From: Trichosphaerium sp. ATCC 40318
Taxonomy: Eukaryota; Protista; Tubulinea
NCBI GenBank assembly: GCA_038496445.1
Contig: JALMLS010000577.1
Span: 1,191,014-1,255,013, forward strand
Direction of reading: 5' to 3'
DNA: 64,000 bases
Shown: in pieces, positions 27,656 to 41,600 of the stretch
How the letters are laid out: each line of letters starts with the position of its first letter
Numbering within the stretch: the stretch's first letter is position 1
Position numbers and translations under genes: made by a program
The notes under the pieces: generated by a model
What the model saw: the letters and a program-made list of their open reading frames with translations, nothing else
Told to the model about the DNA's origin: nothing
Databases searched by the model: none

Positions 27656-30600
27656 ATGGATAAGAATTGCACGCTACTAATCCACTCTGAGTTGTCAGAG
27701 AAGCTAAGCTCGAGTGTGCTTCGCCAACAACTACAGAAGGGCAAAGAGGAAGAAAAATGCGCCGCTTTAAAAAAAATCATACTGTTGATGCTTCGTGGCG
27801 AAAAGTTACCAGAGTTGCTTATTCCTATCATACAATACGTAATACCTAGTAAAAACCACACAATCAAAAAATTGCTCTTAATCTACTGGGAAATCGTTGA
27901 AAAGACCTCTCCAGATGGCAAGCTGCTTCAAGAGATGATTTTAGCGTGGTACGTACTTTGCTGACGTAGAAGCGTCACAAAAAACTAAAAAACAAAAAAT
28001 TCAACTATCCCAAACTAATGGTGCTTTTTCTCTCAGCAACGGACTCCTACAAGATTTGAACCACCCAAATGAATACATTAGAGGAAGCACTTGTAGATTT
28101 TTATGTAAGTTGCGTGAAGCAGACCTCCTTGTACCACTCGTCGATAGCGTACGACAAAATCTAGATCACAGACACTCATACGTCAGGTGCGAGTGACAAC
28201 AGGCGAAATAACAACTTGTTAACGTTTTTAAAAGGCGAAATGCTGTACTCGCTGTGTACAGCATCTATAAGCAATTTGACCAACTCATCCCAGACGCACC
28301 GACACTAATATACGAATTTTTGATGCAGGTACCTGCAACGTCGCCAGCAAGAATAATTTTTTTTACTGGCCCCACACGCAACCAACGCTCTAGTGGAGCG
28401 CCTTGTTTGTGGTTTTGTATTCTTTTTTTTTACATCACCAAAAAAAAATAAAACCTCAGGCTTCTGATTGTTTTTCATAGGAGGGTGATCCTTCTTGTCA
28501 AAGGAATGCGTTCATTATGCTGTTTAATTGCGCGCAAGACAAGGCTGTTGAGTACCTTGTGTCGGTATGAAGTCACAATTTCTTGGTTTTTTATTTTTAT
28601 TTCGAGTATTAATGAGACCATTTAGATCCTAGACCAAGCCGCGTCATTTGGCGAGCTCTTGCAGTTAATTATAATCGAAGTTATCCGTAAGGTGTGTCGT
28701 CAACACCCTGACGAGCGTGGTAAATATATGAGATGTATTTTTACGTTGCTATCTTCTGGCAGTCCTGCAGTTCAATTTGAAGCGAGTTCTACTTTGGTTT
28801 CTCTCTCTTCTGCCCCTACAGCTATCAAGGCCGCCGCATCTGCATACACAAGCATTCTGTGCAAGGTGTCAGACAACAATGTAAAAATGATTTTGCTTGA
28901 TCGTTTGAATGCTATCAAGCGTAACTTTGGTCGCATATTAGAAGACATGATCATGGATATTTTGAGAGCATTGGCAACGTGCGCGATTTTTTTTTTATTT
29001 TTTTTTTTTATGATGCTTTATTTTAAACTTGACTTTGGTCTGTATCTTATATTTCGCGTAGACCAAATAAAGATATTCGACAAAAGACTTTGGACATTGC
29101 TTTGGACTTAGTGACTCCTGGAAACATTACAGAAGTCGTACAACTATTAAAAAAAGAAATCCAAAAAACAGAGTCAGAAAGCGAAGATAAGAAACAAGGC
29201 GCAGAGTACCGTGACATGTTGATCAAAGCTATCCACCAATGCGCTGTCAAATTTCCTGCTGTAGCGCAATCTGTTGTCCACACTCTGATCGAGTTCGTTG
29301 GCGACACAAATACACAATCAGCTTATGATGTTGCTCGCTTTGTTAAAGAGGTACGCTTGATGTCCTTAGTGTTTAAAAATGTAAGTGTTTAATTTTTATT
29401 ATAGGTTATACAAACGTATCCTGAGCTCCGTCAAGATCTGTTACATCGCTTGACAGACACAATGACACAAATCAAGTCAAGCAAGGTACATGCTTCAGTT
29501 CTTTGGATTGTTGGCGAATACTCTGAGACTGCGGAAGATATTGAGCTCTCAAGTCAAGCAATCAGAGACAGTTTGGGTGACCCAACATTTAAAGAGCTTG
29601 AGGAAGAGGAGGTAAGCTTTGTCACAAGGAAAAAAAATAACAAGAAAGAACAGAAAAGAAATGATTACGATTCTTACCTTTCACTTTAGCAAGACACCGA
29701 AGCTATAGTTCCAAAGGCTCCAGAAGTACTGGCAGATGGCACATACAAAACAGCCAGTGCCTTGGCAATGCGAGAGAAGACTACTTCTGGTGATAAGGCG
29801 CTTGATACATCGCTTCGTGGTCTGATTATTCGTGGCGATTTTTTCCTTTGCACAGCAGTGTGCAGCACTTTTGTAAAACTTGCACTCAAAGCAGAGAAAA
29901 AATTGGGTCTAGAGCATGCTAATACGCTCAATGCGTTGGTACTGTTATATCTTAACAGCTTCTTGCGGTTAGGAAAATCCAACGTTCCACCACAGCCTAT
30001 GGACGAGGATAGTTATGGTATGTGCATTTGTTTTTGGTTACAACGGCCCCCCACTCTTTTTTCTTACGCTATGTTAGAGCGCATCTTACAATGTATACGC
30101 ATTCTCGAGACAAGGGATGAAAATGCTGTGGGCGTGTGCTTACAAGACTCCCGCAAATCATTTCAGCGACTGTTGGCTCACCAAATTGAAAAACGTGATG
30201 CCATAAAACGTGAACAAAATAAGGAAAACGAGGTGGTGATGCAAGCGGATGATATCATCAAAGTCGCTCAACTACGACCAAGGAGAAGCTACGGAAAATC
30301 AGAGGAGGCTCAAGACGAAGGTAAAAAAAAAAACCAAATAGCCCTTTTTGCTCATTTTTAGATTACCAAAACGTTTCTTTTTGTTTTGCAAGTTTTTGAC
30401 AATGTACTAGATGAGCTAGATATTCGTAGTGCTACTGGTGCTGGCACAGGTCATGTTGACTTTCAAACACAATTGAAGAACATTCACCAACTCACTGGCT
30501 TTTCAGACGCGATTTATGCTGAAGCTTTTGTCAATGTTAACCAATACGATATCGTTCTAGGTACGTCAATAAGCCTACTTCGCCCCTGTATTACAGATTA

Positions 30601-31417
30601 ACGCTAACTTTTTGATTGACAGATGTCACACTTACAAATCAAACTGATGACACATTGCAACATTTGGTTCTTGAACTTGCTACTTTGGGTGACTTGAAAC
30701 TTTGCGAGCGACCACAAGCGTATACACTTGGTCCTTTTGGCAAACTGAGCATCAAGTCTAACATTAAGGTGTGTTGTAGTGCTTTATCCTCATATAACTT
30801 TTACAATTTGTGTTCTTTTTATTTGGCGTCTTTCTCAAGTCCATTCTAGGTATCCTCTACTGAGACTGGTGTTATATTTGGATCAATTGTATACGACGTT
30901 GCAGGTAGCAGTCAAGATTTGGGCCGTAACTGTGTCGTGCTTAATGAAATCCAAATCGACATTATTGAAATGATTTTACCTGCCACAACATCTGAATCTA
31001 ACTTCCGCACAATGTGGGCAGAATTTGAGTGGGAGAACAAAGTTGCTGTAAATACTGACTTTACGTACGTGTTTGTCTATTTTTTATTTGTGTTAATTTT
31101 TTGTGTTAGTAACCTTAAAGAGTTTTTGGATCACGTCACAGCCGCAACCAATATGAAGTGTTTGACATCTGATGCATCACTTCAGGACGAGTGTGGATTC
31201 CTTGCTGCAAATATGTATGCAAGAACAGTGTTTGGTGAGGATGCATTGGCCAATATTTCTATTGAAAAACATGCCAATAAAATTATTGGTTTTATCCGGA
31301 TTAGAAGCAAGACACAAGGTACACGATGATTTACCTGTTAAATTTTTACATGTTGTAGGTATTGCACTTTCATTGGGTGAAAAAATAACTCAAAATCAAA
31401 AGATGCCAGCTGTTTAA
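27656..31417 (+). CDS. COPB1: Coatomer subunit beta
   Basis: [76 protein letters not shown]. Confidence 0.97.
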
Positions 31418-31782
31418 TAAAATTACATTGTTACAATGTCAGAAAGTTAATTTGCTTACTTTACATTTGTTTAGTTGGTATTAAATGTTTTTTTTCCATC
31501 TTAATTGGTAGCAAGTTTTTTATATGTGTATAAATTATTGCTTTTGTTTGCAAATTTCATAGTGGTTATAATATATTCATAAGTGTTGTATACTTTTGAA
31601 ACAGTAAAAAATAGTGGCATTACTTTTACAATAAACTGTAACAATGTGTATCCTACATTATGTATTTAACATTAAATTATATCTAGTTACAACACTAAAT
31701 GATAACACAAAATATCTATAATCAAGTGGTAGCGCTAGCAATGCTTTAAGCAACTAATAGTATAAAAAATAGTTGAACTCTT

Positions 31783-31905
31783 AACCCTAAGTTCTAATAA
31801 CCTAACCCTAATAATGTGTAGGGTTGAAACCCTAGCCCTAACCCTGGTAAGCACAAATTAAATAATATTCATTAGGGTTGTAAACCTAACCCTAGCCCCT
31901 AAGTT
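31783..31905 (+). repeat. Degenerate telomere-like CCCTAA/TTAGGG repeats in AT-rich DNA
   Basis: AACCCTAA, ACCTAACCCTAA, CCCTAGCCCTAACCCT, TTAGGG units. Confidence 0.7.
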
Positions 31906-31986
31906 ACAAATTCTAATTAGCACACCAAACCTTAGCTCTAATATACAAAAATAACGATTAAGATTATACCCTAGAAACCAATTAGG

Positions 31987-33113
31987 CAGTGGTAAATTTA
32001 AATCGGGGTTTTTAAGAGATTCCGTCTTAAAATTCTAAGGATTTATAAGTGGAAAATCTCTTCCTTTATTCCTATGGAATCCAAATGAAATTTCCTATGG
32101 AATCCAAATGGAATTCCTTAAAGAATCCAGACGGAATTCCTTAAGAATTAACAACAAAATTCCATAAGGATTAACAATGGAATTTCCAATGGATTTTTTA
32201 TGAAATTCCAAACAAATTACCTTGAAATACTTTACAATATTTACATCAAGTCTTGTAGCACAAAATTCGTTTTATTTACCAATGATAATTTAGTTACAAA
32301 ATGCAAATGTTCCACACGCTATCATGTACAGGTCAAACTCATCAAATCTTTTCAATCTTTGGCCAAGAATTTTATCACACTTGGTATTGCGATCATAAAC
32401 TGCTAATAACACATTTGTAGAAGCTAAAATAAGAAAAGAGTAGTTTTTTGATAAATTAAATGGAAATAACCTTCAAAAACAACGTATTGAGATTAATGCC
32501 CTAAATGCGTGTTCTAATGGTGTGTAAAAGCCATTGAAATGCTTTAAAAGCCTCAAAACGGATTAGTAAGCGATATAGAAATGTCGTTGCTAACGAAAAT
32601 CACCAAAATACTTATCTCACTTACTTTTTGATTTAACGTCTTTTCGTTGTATCCATTGGTTTTCTACGCCAATAAAAGGGTGATGATGTGGTTTACTAAA
32701 AAAAAACTTGGTTAGGTAAGGCTTTGATAGTTGTTGAAATAATGAATTTTCACCAAAAATATTTTTCAAAGGAATTCTCACAAAATCCATACGAGATTCT
32801 GTTAAAAATCCCTATGGAATTCCATTAAAAATCCCAAAGGAATTTTCTACAAAATCCATACGGAATTCCATTAAAAATTCCTTCAAGTATTCCCGTTGAT
32901 ATGCTGCCAACATTTGCCAATATTGTCATTTGAGATTTTTTTACAAATCCCAAGGAATTCCTTATTTTAATGGAATATAGCAGAAATCCCATCAAAAATC
33001 CTATTGAAAATTCAGATTGCTTAGGGATTTTTTCCACAATTCCGTTAAAATCCTTAAAAAACACAGAATTTAACAGGATTTCAGAGGAAAATCCCGTTTT
33101 TAATTTATTACTG
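31987..33113. mobile_element. Non-autonomous TIR DNA transposon, family A copy 1
   Basis: Ends CAGTGGTAAATTTAAATCGGG...CCCGTTTTTAATTTATTACTG; GG on both flanks; GGAATTCC-type subterminal repeats; second copy at 37360. Confidence 0.85.
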
Positions 33114-33422
33114 GGGTTAGAGACTATGTGATTTTTGTTCACCAAATATCGCCTCGTACGGGCCATTGCGGGTAGGTGCGGAAATGCCAAAGGCATTTTC
33201 GTGCCTGAATTAATATACAGGTCTGAAAATTATCATGGTATAATACCATATTTTATGGTATAATCACCTTTTATGGTACAAGCTCAGTATAATCCATAAT
33301 TATACCATATAATTATACCATAAAATATGGTATAATACCATGTTTTTTGGACAAATGGTATAACAGCCATTATACCATGTTTATACCATATCTCAATTTA
33401 TAGAATATAATTACATAATATA

Positions 33423-34449
33423 CAGTAATAAAATAGAAATGGGAATTTTTAAGTAATCCACCCTGTTTTCCTATGGGAAAAGTAGACAGAAAAACTCTTT
33501 CTTCATTCCCATTGAATTTATATGAAATTCCGTAAGTATTATCCATAGAATTCTTAGAGTATTACTTTTGAAATTGCATATGTATTTTATATAGAATTCT
33601 CTATGTATTCTTTATAGCATTTCTTAATGTATTTTTTGTAGATTTCAATAAAAAATACTTTATAAATTACACAAATATTATTCAATACTTTGGTTCAGAT
33701 TTAATGCAAAGCCATTTTATTTATTGATCGTTACAAAATACAAACATCCTAAATAACACGTACAAGTTAAATACATCGTGTCTTCATAAACGAAAGAAGT
33801 ATTTGATCGCATTTGGTTTTGAGAGCCTGAACAATAATTAATGCATTTGTAAATGCTAAATTAAGAACACGTAGGGTTTTTTGATAAATTAAGTGGAAAT
33901 AAGCTTTAAAAACAACAAACTTGGAGTTAATGCTTTAAATACATTCTTTAATGGTGTAATAAGGTTGCAATGCTTTAATCATCCTAAAACAGATAAGTAA
34001 GAGATATTTATGTTTAAGTGATTTTCCAAACCACCTAAAACACGTTCTCCGTTACTTTTTGGATTAACACACTTTAACTTGTACCATTGGTTTTTTCACC
34101 TTTAATAATAGCATGTAGATATTGTTCACTAGAAAAATCTATGTACCTAAGGTGTCAATGGTTTTTTGCAAATATAAAACTAAACCCTAACCCTAACTTA
34201 ATTTGTACTTTCATAAACCTCAACCCTAGCCCTAACCCTAACCCTAACTAAATTAGTACATTATTTGGTGGATTTTGTACAATAATTCTGGAAATTACGT
34301 ATTTAAGGGAATATTATGGTAATTCTATCAAAAATCCTGCCATAAAAAAAAAAATAAATAAGAATTCTTCACAAATTACCTTAAAAATCCCTAAAACAAA
34401 GGAATTTAGTGGGATTTATATCCAAAATCCCGTTTTCATTTTACCACTG
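33423..34449. mobile_element. Non-autonomous TIR element family B copy 1
   Basis: CAGTAATAAAATAGAAATGG...CCCGTTTTCATTTTACCACTG; TA flanks; internal CCCTAA array. Confidence 0.85.
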
Positions 34450-35948
34450 TATACCATAAAACATGGTACTATACCATGGTATTATACCACATTTTACAGT
34501 ATATTATACCATGCATTATACCATATAATTATACCATAAAACATGGTACTATACCATGGTATTATACTGCATTTTAAAGTATATTATACCATATAATTAT
34601 ACTGTAAAACATGGTACTATACCATGGTATTATACTGTAATTTAAAGTACATTATACCACAACACCTAATTTTCTGTTAGGGTTAGGGTTAATGTGTTGT
34701 ATTTCTGTTTTACCTTACCTTCAGTCCTTGTGTTTGGATTATCTGTTACAGCACTTAAAACCCTTTCAAATGTGTAATACATTGTTTTGTGAAGGTAGTT
34801 CAGCAACTAAAGGGTAAGCATACACTTAAACAGCAAAACTGACTAAAACACATTCTCTGGGACACACTGCACATATAGTGCTTGTTAGTTGCACTTTTTG
34901 TATTATAACATGCTTATTCCACTAATTATTCTAAATAGCATACCAAGGCATTCAACACATCATTGAGGGGTCAGAGAAGTGGCTAATAATAGTGGTAATT
35001 GTCCACGGAAGGTAAAACGCTAAATCTAACATTTGTTGTTCAAAAATGTGCTAACAGGGCGTAGTGTGGCCTTGAACACAGGCAAAAGGCAGTTGTGGAG
35101 TAATTGGCACTCAACAAAGGTACACACTCTGCAAAGGACATACTTTGCTTGTCGGAACCTTTTAAATGCGTTTATGGTGTAATCGGCACATACTCAGCGC
35201 ATAATCGGCGTTTGTGAAAAAAACCTCCATCGAATGTTTTTGTACCCACCCTGAGATTTTTTTTTCTTCTTAAACGCATTTTTATGCGTAATAAATGCCA
35301 TCCGGGCTAAATCTACCAAAACTTGCCTGAAATTATTTGGTTTTTTTTGAAATCCTTAAAAAGTACTCCAATGTGTGTTAAACCACCTTTTTATTGTAAA
35401 AGCATAGTTGTTTACACACCCACCTTTTTTCATATTATTTTGTTTTTTTTGGAATTTTGAGATTTTCTCAATTTTTTTTTTACTGGCTGTTTGCGCTCAC
35501 TGATATGAGTAGCATTTAGGTTTTATACCAACGTGCTGTGTTGAATATCCAATATGCCAATAAGTAACTAAGTTAAGGCATGCTACTAAGTCTCAACTGG
35601 TCCGTCGCTCACACAACACCAGGTACGCTACTAGATAGTTGCTTTAAAGGTGTTTGAAAGGTCTTACAGGCTAATTAGGTGTTAATTAAAAAAAACCTGA
35701 AGATGAGTTAGCTGTAGGCAGGTACGATCACCTTGAAACGTGTTTTGGATAAAATTTGGCAATTTTTTTATTTTTTTTTTATGTAGTTTGATTTTGGCAC
35801 CACTGCATGGGCCGCAAGCAAGATTTGGTACCATTGCCATGACAAAACAAAAGGTTTTATATGTTCATTCATTTTGTGCATCATAAAATTGTAGGTAAAG
35901 TCATTGTTAACTTTTTTTGTAGTTCATTTCGCGCTGTGGTAAAGACAT

Positions 35949-36973
35949 CAGTAGTAAAATAGAAATGGAATTTTTAAGTAATCCACCCTGTTTTCCTATG
36001 GGAAAAGTAGACGGAAAAACTCTTCCTTAATTCCCATTGAATTTATATGAAATTCCGTAAGTATTACTCATAGAATTCTTAGAGTATTACTTTTGGAATT
36101 GTGTATGTATTTTATATAGAATTCTCTATGTATTCTTTATAGCATTTCTTAATGTATTTTTTGTAGATTTCAATAAAAAATACTTTATAAATTACACAAA
36201 ATATTATTTGATACTTTGGTTCAGATTTAATGCAAAGTCATTTTATTTATTGATCATTACAAAATACAAACATCCTAAATAATACGTACAAGTTAAATAC
36301 ATCGTGTCTTCATAAACAAAAGAAGTAATTTGATTGCATTTGGTTTGAGAGCCTGAACAATAATTAATGCGTTTGTAAACGCTAAATTAAGAACGCGTAG
36401 GTTTTTGATAAATTAAGTGGAAATAAGCTTTAAAAACAATGTACTTGGAGTTAATGCTTTAAATACATTCTTTAATGGTGTAATAAGGCTGTTGCAATGC
36501 TTTAATCATCCTAAAACAGATAAGTAAGAGATATTTATGTTTAAGTGATTTTCCAAACCACCTAAAATGCATTCTCCATTACTTTTGGATTAACGCACTT
36601 TAACCTGTACCATTGGTTTTTTCACCTTTAATAATAGCATGTGGATATTGTTCGCTAGAAAAACCTATGTACCTAAGGTGTTGATGGTTTTTTGCAAATA
36701 TAAAACTAAACCCTAACCCTAACTTAATTTCTACTTTCATAAACCTCAACCCTAGCCCTAACCCTAACCCTAACTAAATTAGTACATTATTTGGTGGATT
36801 TTGTTCAATAATTCTGAAAATTCCGTATTTAAGGGAATATTATGGTAATTCTATCAAAAATCCTGCCATAAAAAAATAAAAATAAGAATTCTTCACAAAT
36901 TACCTTAAAAATCCCTAAAACAAAGGAATTTAGTGGGATTTATATCCAAAATCCCGTTTTCATTTTACCACTG
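35949..36973. mobile_element. Non-autonomous TIR element family B copy 2
   Basis: Near-identical to 33423-34449; AT on both flanks. Confidence 0.85.
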
Positions 36974-37359
36974 ATGTTTTTGAATGTCAGAATGGAATTT
37001 AGTGAAGGTACATTGGTTTCTTTTAGATCACTGGATAATATGATGGATTGTACTGTAAAAACAACGACAAATGTAAATAAATTGTTGGTACAAGTACCAC
37101 AAATTGTGGTATAATGTACAAAGTTTTATGGTATATTGTACTGGTTATTGTGGTAAAATATACCACACTTCATGGTATATTGCAACCATGTTTTGTGGTA
37201 TAATATACCAAGTTTTATGGTATAATATACCAAGCTTTATGGTATTATACTATGTTTTATACCATGTTTTATGGTAGAATTATACCATATATTGCATTTT
37301 TTCAGGTGAAAAAATATGGTATAAATTCGCACTTTCTACTGCATATTTATGGTATAATT

Positions 37360-38497
37360 CAGTGGTAAATTTAAATCGGGGTTTTTAAGGGATTCCGTCT
37401 TAAAATCCTAAGGATTTATAAGCGGAAAATCTCTTCCTTTATTCCTATGGAATCCGGACGGAATTCCCTATGGAATCCGAATGGAATTCCCTATGGAATC
37501 CGGATGGAATTCCTTAAAAAATCCGGACAGAATTCCTTAAGGATTAACAACAGAATTCCCAATGGATTTTTTATGAAATTCCAAACAAATTACCTTGAAA
37601 TACTTTACAATATTTACATCAAGTCTTGTAGCACAAAATTCGTTTTATTTACCAATGATAATTTAGTTACGAAACGCAAATGTTCCACACGCTATCGTGT
37701 ACAGGTCAAACTCATCAAATCTTTCCAATCTTTGGCCAAGAATTTTATCGCACCTGGTATCGCAATCATAAATTGCTAATAACGCATTCATAGAAGCTAA
37801 AATAAGAAAAGAGTAGTTTTTTGATAAATTAAATGGAAATAACCTTCAAAAACAACGTACTTGAGATTAATGCCCTAAATGCGTGTCCTAGTGGTGTGTA
37901 AAGGCCTTTGAAATGCTTTACAAGCCTCAAAACGGATTAGTAAGCGATATAGAAATATCGCTGCTAACGAAAATCACCAAAATACTTATCTCACTTACTT
38001 TTTGATTAAACGTCTTTTCGTTGTATCCATTGGTTTTTTACACCAATAAAAGGGTGACGATGTGGTTTACTAAAAAAAAACTTGGTTAGGTAAGGCTTTG
38101 ATAGTTGTCGAAATAATGAATAATTTTGAATTTTCACCAAAAATATTTTTCAAAGGAATTCTCACAAAATCCATACGGAATTTCGTTAAAAATCCCTATG
38201 GAATTCCATTAAAAATCCCAAGGGAATTCCCTACAAAATCCATACGGAATTCCGTTAAAAATCCCTTCAATTATTCCCGTTGATATGCTGCCAACATTTG
38301 CCAATAATGTTGTTTGGGATTTTTTTACAAATTCCAAGGAATTCCTTATTTTAATGGAATATAGCAGAAATCCCATCAAAAATCCAATCGAAAATTCAGA
38401 TTGCTTAGGGATTTTTTCCACAATTCCGCTAAAATCCTTAAAAAACACGGAATTTAACAGGATTCCAGAGGCAAATCCCATTTTTAATTTACTACTG
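37360..38497. mobile_element. Non-autonomous TIR element family A copy 2
   Basis: Near-identical to 31987-33113; same TIRs; AATT on both flanks. Confidence 0.85.
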
Positions 38498-38630
38498 AAT
38501 TTGGCTGTTTCATGGTATAAATCCTTTGATTTATGGTATATTATACTGGAATTTGTGGTATAAAATTGTAATCAATGGTATAATTATACCACAAATCCAT
38601 GGTATCTACCATAAAAACAGCTTAAAAATT

Positions 38631-41600
38631 TTAGACCTGTCCAGCTTGGATGTTCTTATCCATAGCATTGCAAAATTGAGCGATAGGTTTGCGGGATAAG
38701 GTGTTGGCATCGGTGTGGTTAATACCTTTTTTATATACAACATTAAAGTCGTATTGCTGAATTTCCATCAGCCACCGTGCTACCACATCTCGCGGATCTT
38801 TTAGAGTATGCAAGTATTTTAATGGTTTGTGATCAGAGTACACGATTAATTTAAAATTCGAAAATGATAAATAACCACGGAATTCTCTGAGAGCCATTAC
38901 TATACCCAAGCATTCTCTATCAATTGTAGAGTATCGACGCTGGGAATCGTTAAACGTATAGCTGTAATAAGCTATCACATGTTGCTTTCCTTCATGGCGT
39001 TGAACCAAAGTTCCTCCACATGCACGTCCCGAAGCGTCAACATGTATTTCAAAAGGTTTCTCGAAATCAGGATGTCGAAGTATAGGCGGAGTCATCAGCG
39101 CTAACTTCAGACTAAGGAACGCTCTATCACATTCAGACGTCCATATCCAAGGAGTATCCTTCTTTCGGAGGTCATTTAAAGGAGCCGCTTTGCGTGCGTA
39201 ATTTGCAACGAATTTTCGATAGTATCCCGTAATACCCAAAAATGATTCAAGTTCCTTGATATCATTAGGGCGTTTAGCATCTGCTATCGCTTTGATAATG
39301 CGTGGATTAGTAGCTACTCCATCAGCAGTTACTACATGACCGAGGAACTCAATGCTATGTCGAAATAAAACGGATTTACTCGCTTTCAGTTTAACGTTAT
39401 ACTTGCGTAATCGGTCGAACATGAGTTTGAGATGTACAAGGTGGTCATCAAAGCTATCACTGAATATAATAATGTCATCGACGTAACATAGGCATACCTG
39501 CCATAGTAAACCTGATAACATTAAATTCATATGACGCTGAAATGTAGCTTGTGCATTTTTGAGTCCGAAAGGCATTCCCATAAACTCAAAGAGTCCCCAG
39601 CGAGTTGCAAAAGCTGTTTTGCACCTATGTGCAGGATGCATTGGTATTTGCCAATAGCCAGCTACAGCATCGAACGAGCTAAAGTATTTGGCTCGATTCA
39701 ACGCGTTTAAAAGATCTTTAACCCGTGGTAGTGGGTGTACATCTTTAGCTGTAACTTTATTTAGAGCTCGAAAATCTATACAAACACGCCAAGCTCCCGA
39801 AGGTTTACGTACAATCACTACAGGCGAACTTCATGATGACTTGGAATGTCGTATGACGCCATCTTTAAGCATCTTATCTACCTCCTTACGTAAGATTTTC
39901 TCTTTGTTAGGATTAAGGTGTCGATAAGGAATACTAATGGGTCTCATGTCCGCAGGTGTATCAATGAAGTGTTCAACTCCTTTGACACGCCCAGGTTGTT
40001 CGAGGTTTTCAGTAGCTCTGTTCAGATACTGAGCTAAAAGATAATAAGTACGTTCTTTCTGATCTTCAGAAATATCCGATCGTTCAAGTGTGTACATATC
40101 TTTAGCTTTTTTCAGCATTTCTGGTGTAACTTGCTTTTTGGTTTCATTGATAATTCGAAGCTCTTTGTCGTAGTCAATGTCAAGGATATTGATTTCTTGC
40201 GTTTCATCAATTGCGGTAAATCGCGCAATGCGATAGCCACGTGGTATACGCATATCTTTGTTATAACCATTTAATACTCGTATAGGTACCATATTTTTAG
40301 TTACTCTACTCAGTGAGGCGGCGAGTTGTATTCCCGTATCGGTTAACAACTGTGAGTGACCATCTAACTCCAATGCCTTAACTGTTTGTACTACACCTAG
40401 TTTACTAACAATAGGAGACGAAACTTTAGCGAATACTGTGACTTGTGACAATTTAGGTATGATAATATCATTCGCAGCAATAATCAGCGCTTCACCCTCT
40501 TTGTAAGCCTTAGTACGCGTTTGCGTCATCCTAATCGTAGTTCCCTTGGCTGTACGTAACTGTCCTTTAGCAAAATCAATGGTTAATTGATTGCCTACCA
40601 GCATATTCATACCTAACAACAATGGGAACTTAAAGTTTTTCATAATATGACATTTAACTGTGAAATTTTCACTACCTATTCGAATAGGTAACTCTATTAT
40701 GCCCATTGATGTCATTGGTTGGTTGTCAGCTGTAAATACGGGACTGGTTTTAACCCTTTGGATTAATGAATGCAAGTGTAAGTCGTTAACTAACTTGTAG
40801 CTAACTATACTAACCGAAGCACCCGAATCGAGTATGGCATTAACAGTAGATCTATTAACTACGACATTGGCTTTGGCTATGCTGTATGAGTAGGTAGGTA
40901 CATTGATATTATCGATGTCCATAACCACTTTACTAGCATGCATATACGCGAGGTTGATGTAACCTGTGGAAGTTGGATTATTATCATATTCTATGGATTT
41001 AGGAATATTTTGAGAATTTGGATTATTATGATACGTGATATTCGCATCTTTGTGATTATTTTTCTCATGATTATTTAACGCGTTGGGGTTGTCGTGTTTT
41101 TTAATAAAAGGATTATTTTTGTTATTGATATTTTTGTTATTCACCGACAAAGGATAAGGACCCCAATATTTATTTTGATTGTTATTCGCGTTTTGATACA
41201 AAGGATAAGACTGCTGTTGATTTGACGCAGTAGGATTATTGTTGGATGGAGGATGGTAAGAACCATCAGGATTGAGCAGTCTAGCGATATTTTTGTCATC
41301 TAAGATAAGGGCCATATGGTTACCTTGACCAGAGAGACTGAATACGTAAGAAAGGTACACTGACTCTCTCTTAGCCGTCAACTTTGTCCTGCACTCTTGC
41401 GCAAGGTGACCACCCACACGACACCTTTCACACGGTACTTGAAAGTTGACACGATCAAGCGGTGGACCTGATTTGTTCCTGTCACGATGCATGACATAAC
41501 CAGGAGGTGGTTGTTGGAAATGACAAATTCTCAAATTGTAATGTCGATTACGCCGTTTGGGTCTAGGTCGTTTTTGTTGATAAGGCTGTGATGACTGCTT

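Larger units (their letters stand above)
33218..38639. mobile_element. Composite non-autonomous TIR element C hosting B1, B2 and A2
   Basis: Ends CAGGTCTGAAAATT...AAAATTTTAGACCTG; TATACCA/TGGTATA subterminal arrays at both ends; flanks TA/TC do not match. Confidence 0.65.

Noticed and set aside
33230-34660. CRISPR-like array in the TATACCA repeats
   Set aside because: Short degenerate units without unique spacers, eukaryotic context, no cas genes; they are subterminal repeats
31783-36775. True chromosome end
   Set aside because: Repeats are short, degenerate, internal and flanked by genes on both sides
32200-38563. ORFs within A elements (32200, 32825, 37447, 38098, 38209, 38285)
   Set aside because: Low-complexity translations of repeat DNA with no transposase motifs
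39829-39833. Programmed stop readthrough or UGA=Trp code
   Set aside because: The stop lies inside RT at a conserved Trp, not at a gag-pol junction; TGA ends normal genes here (eIF2A, VWA gene)
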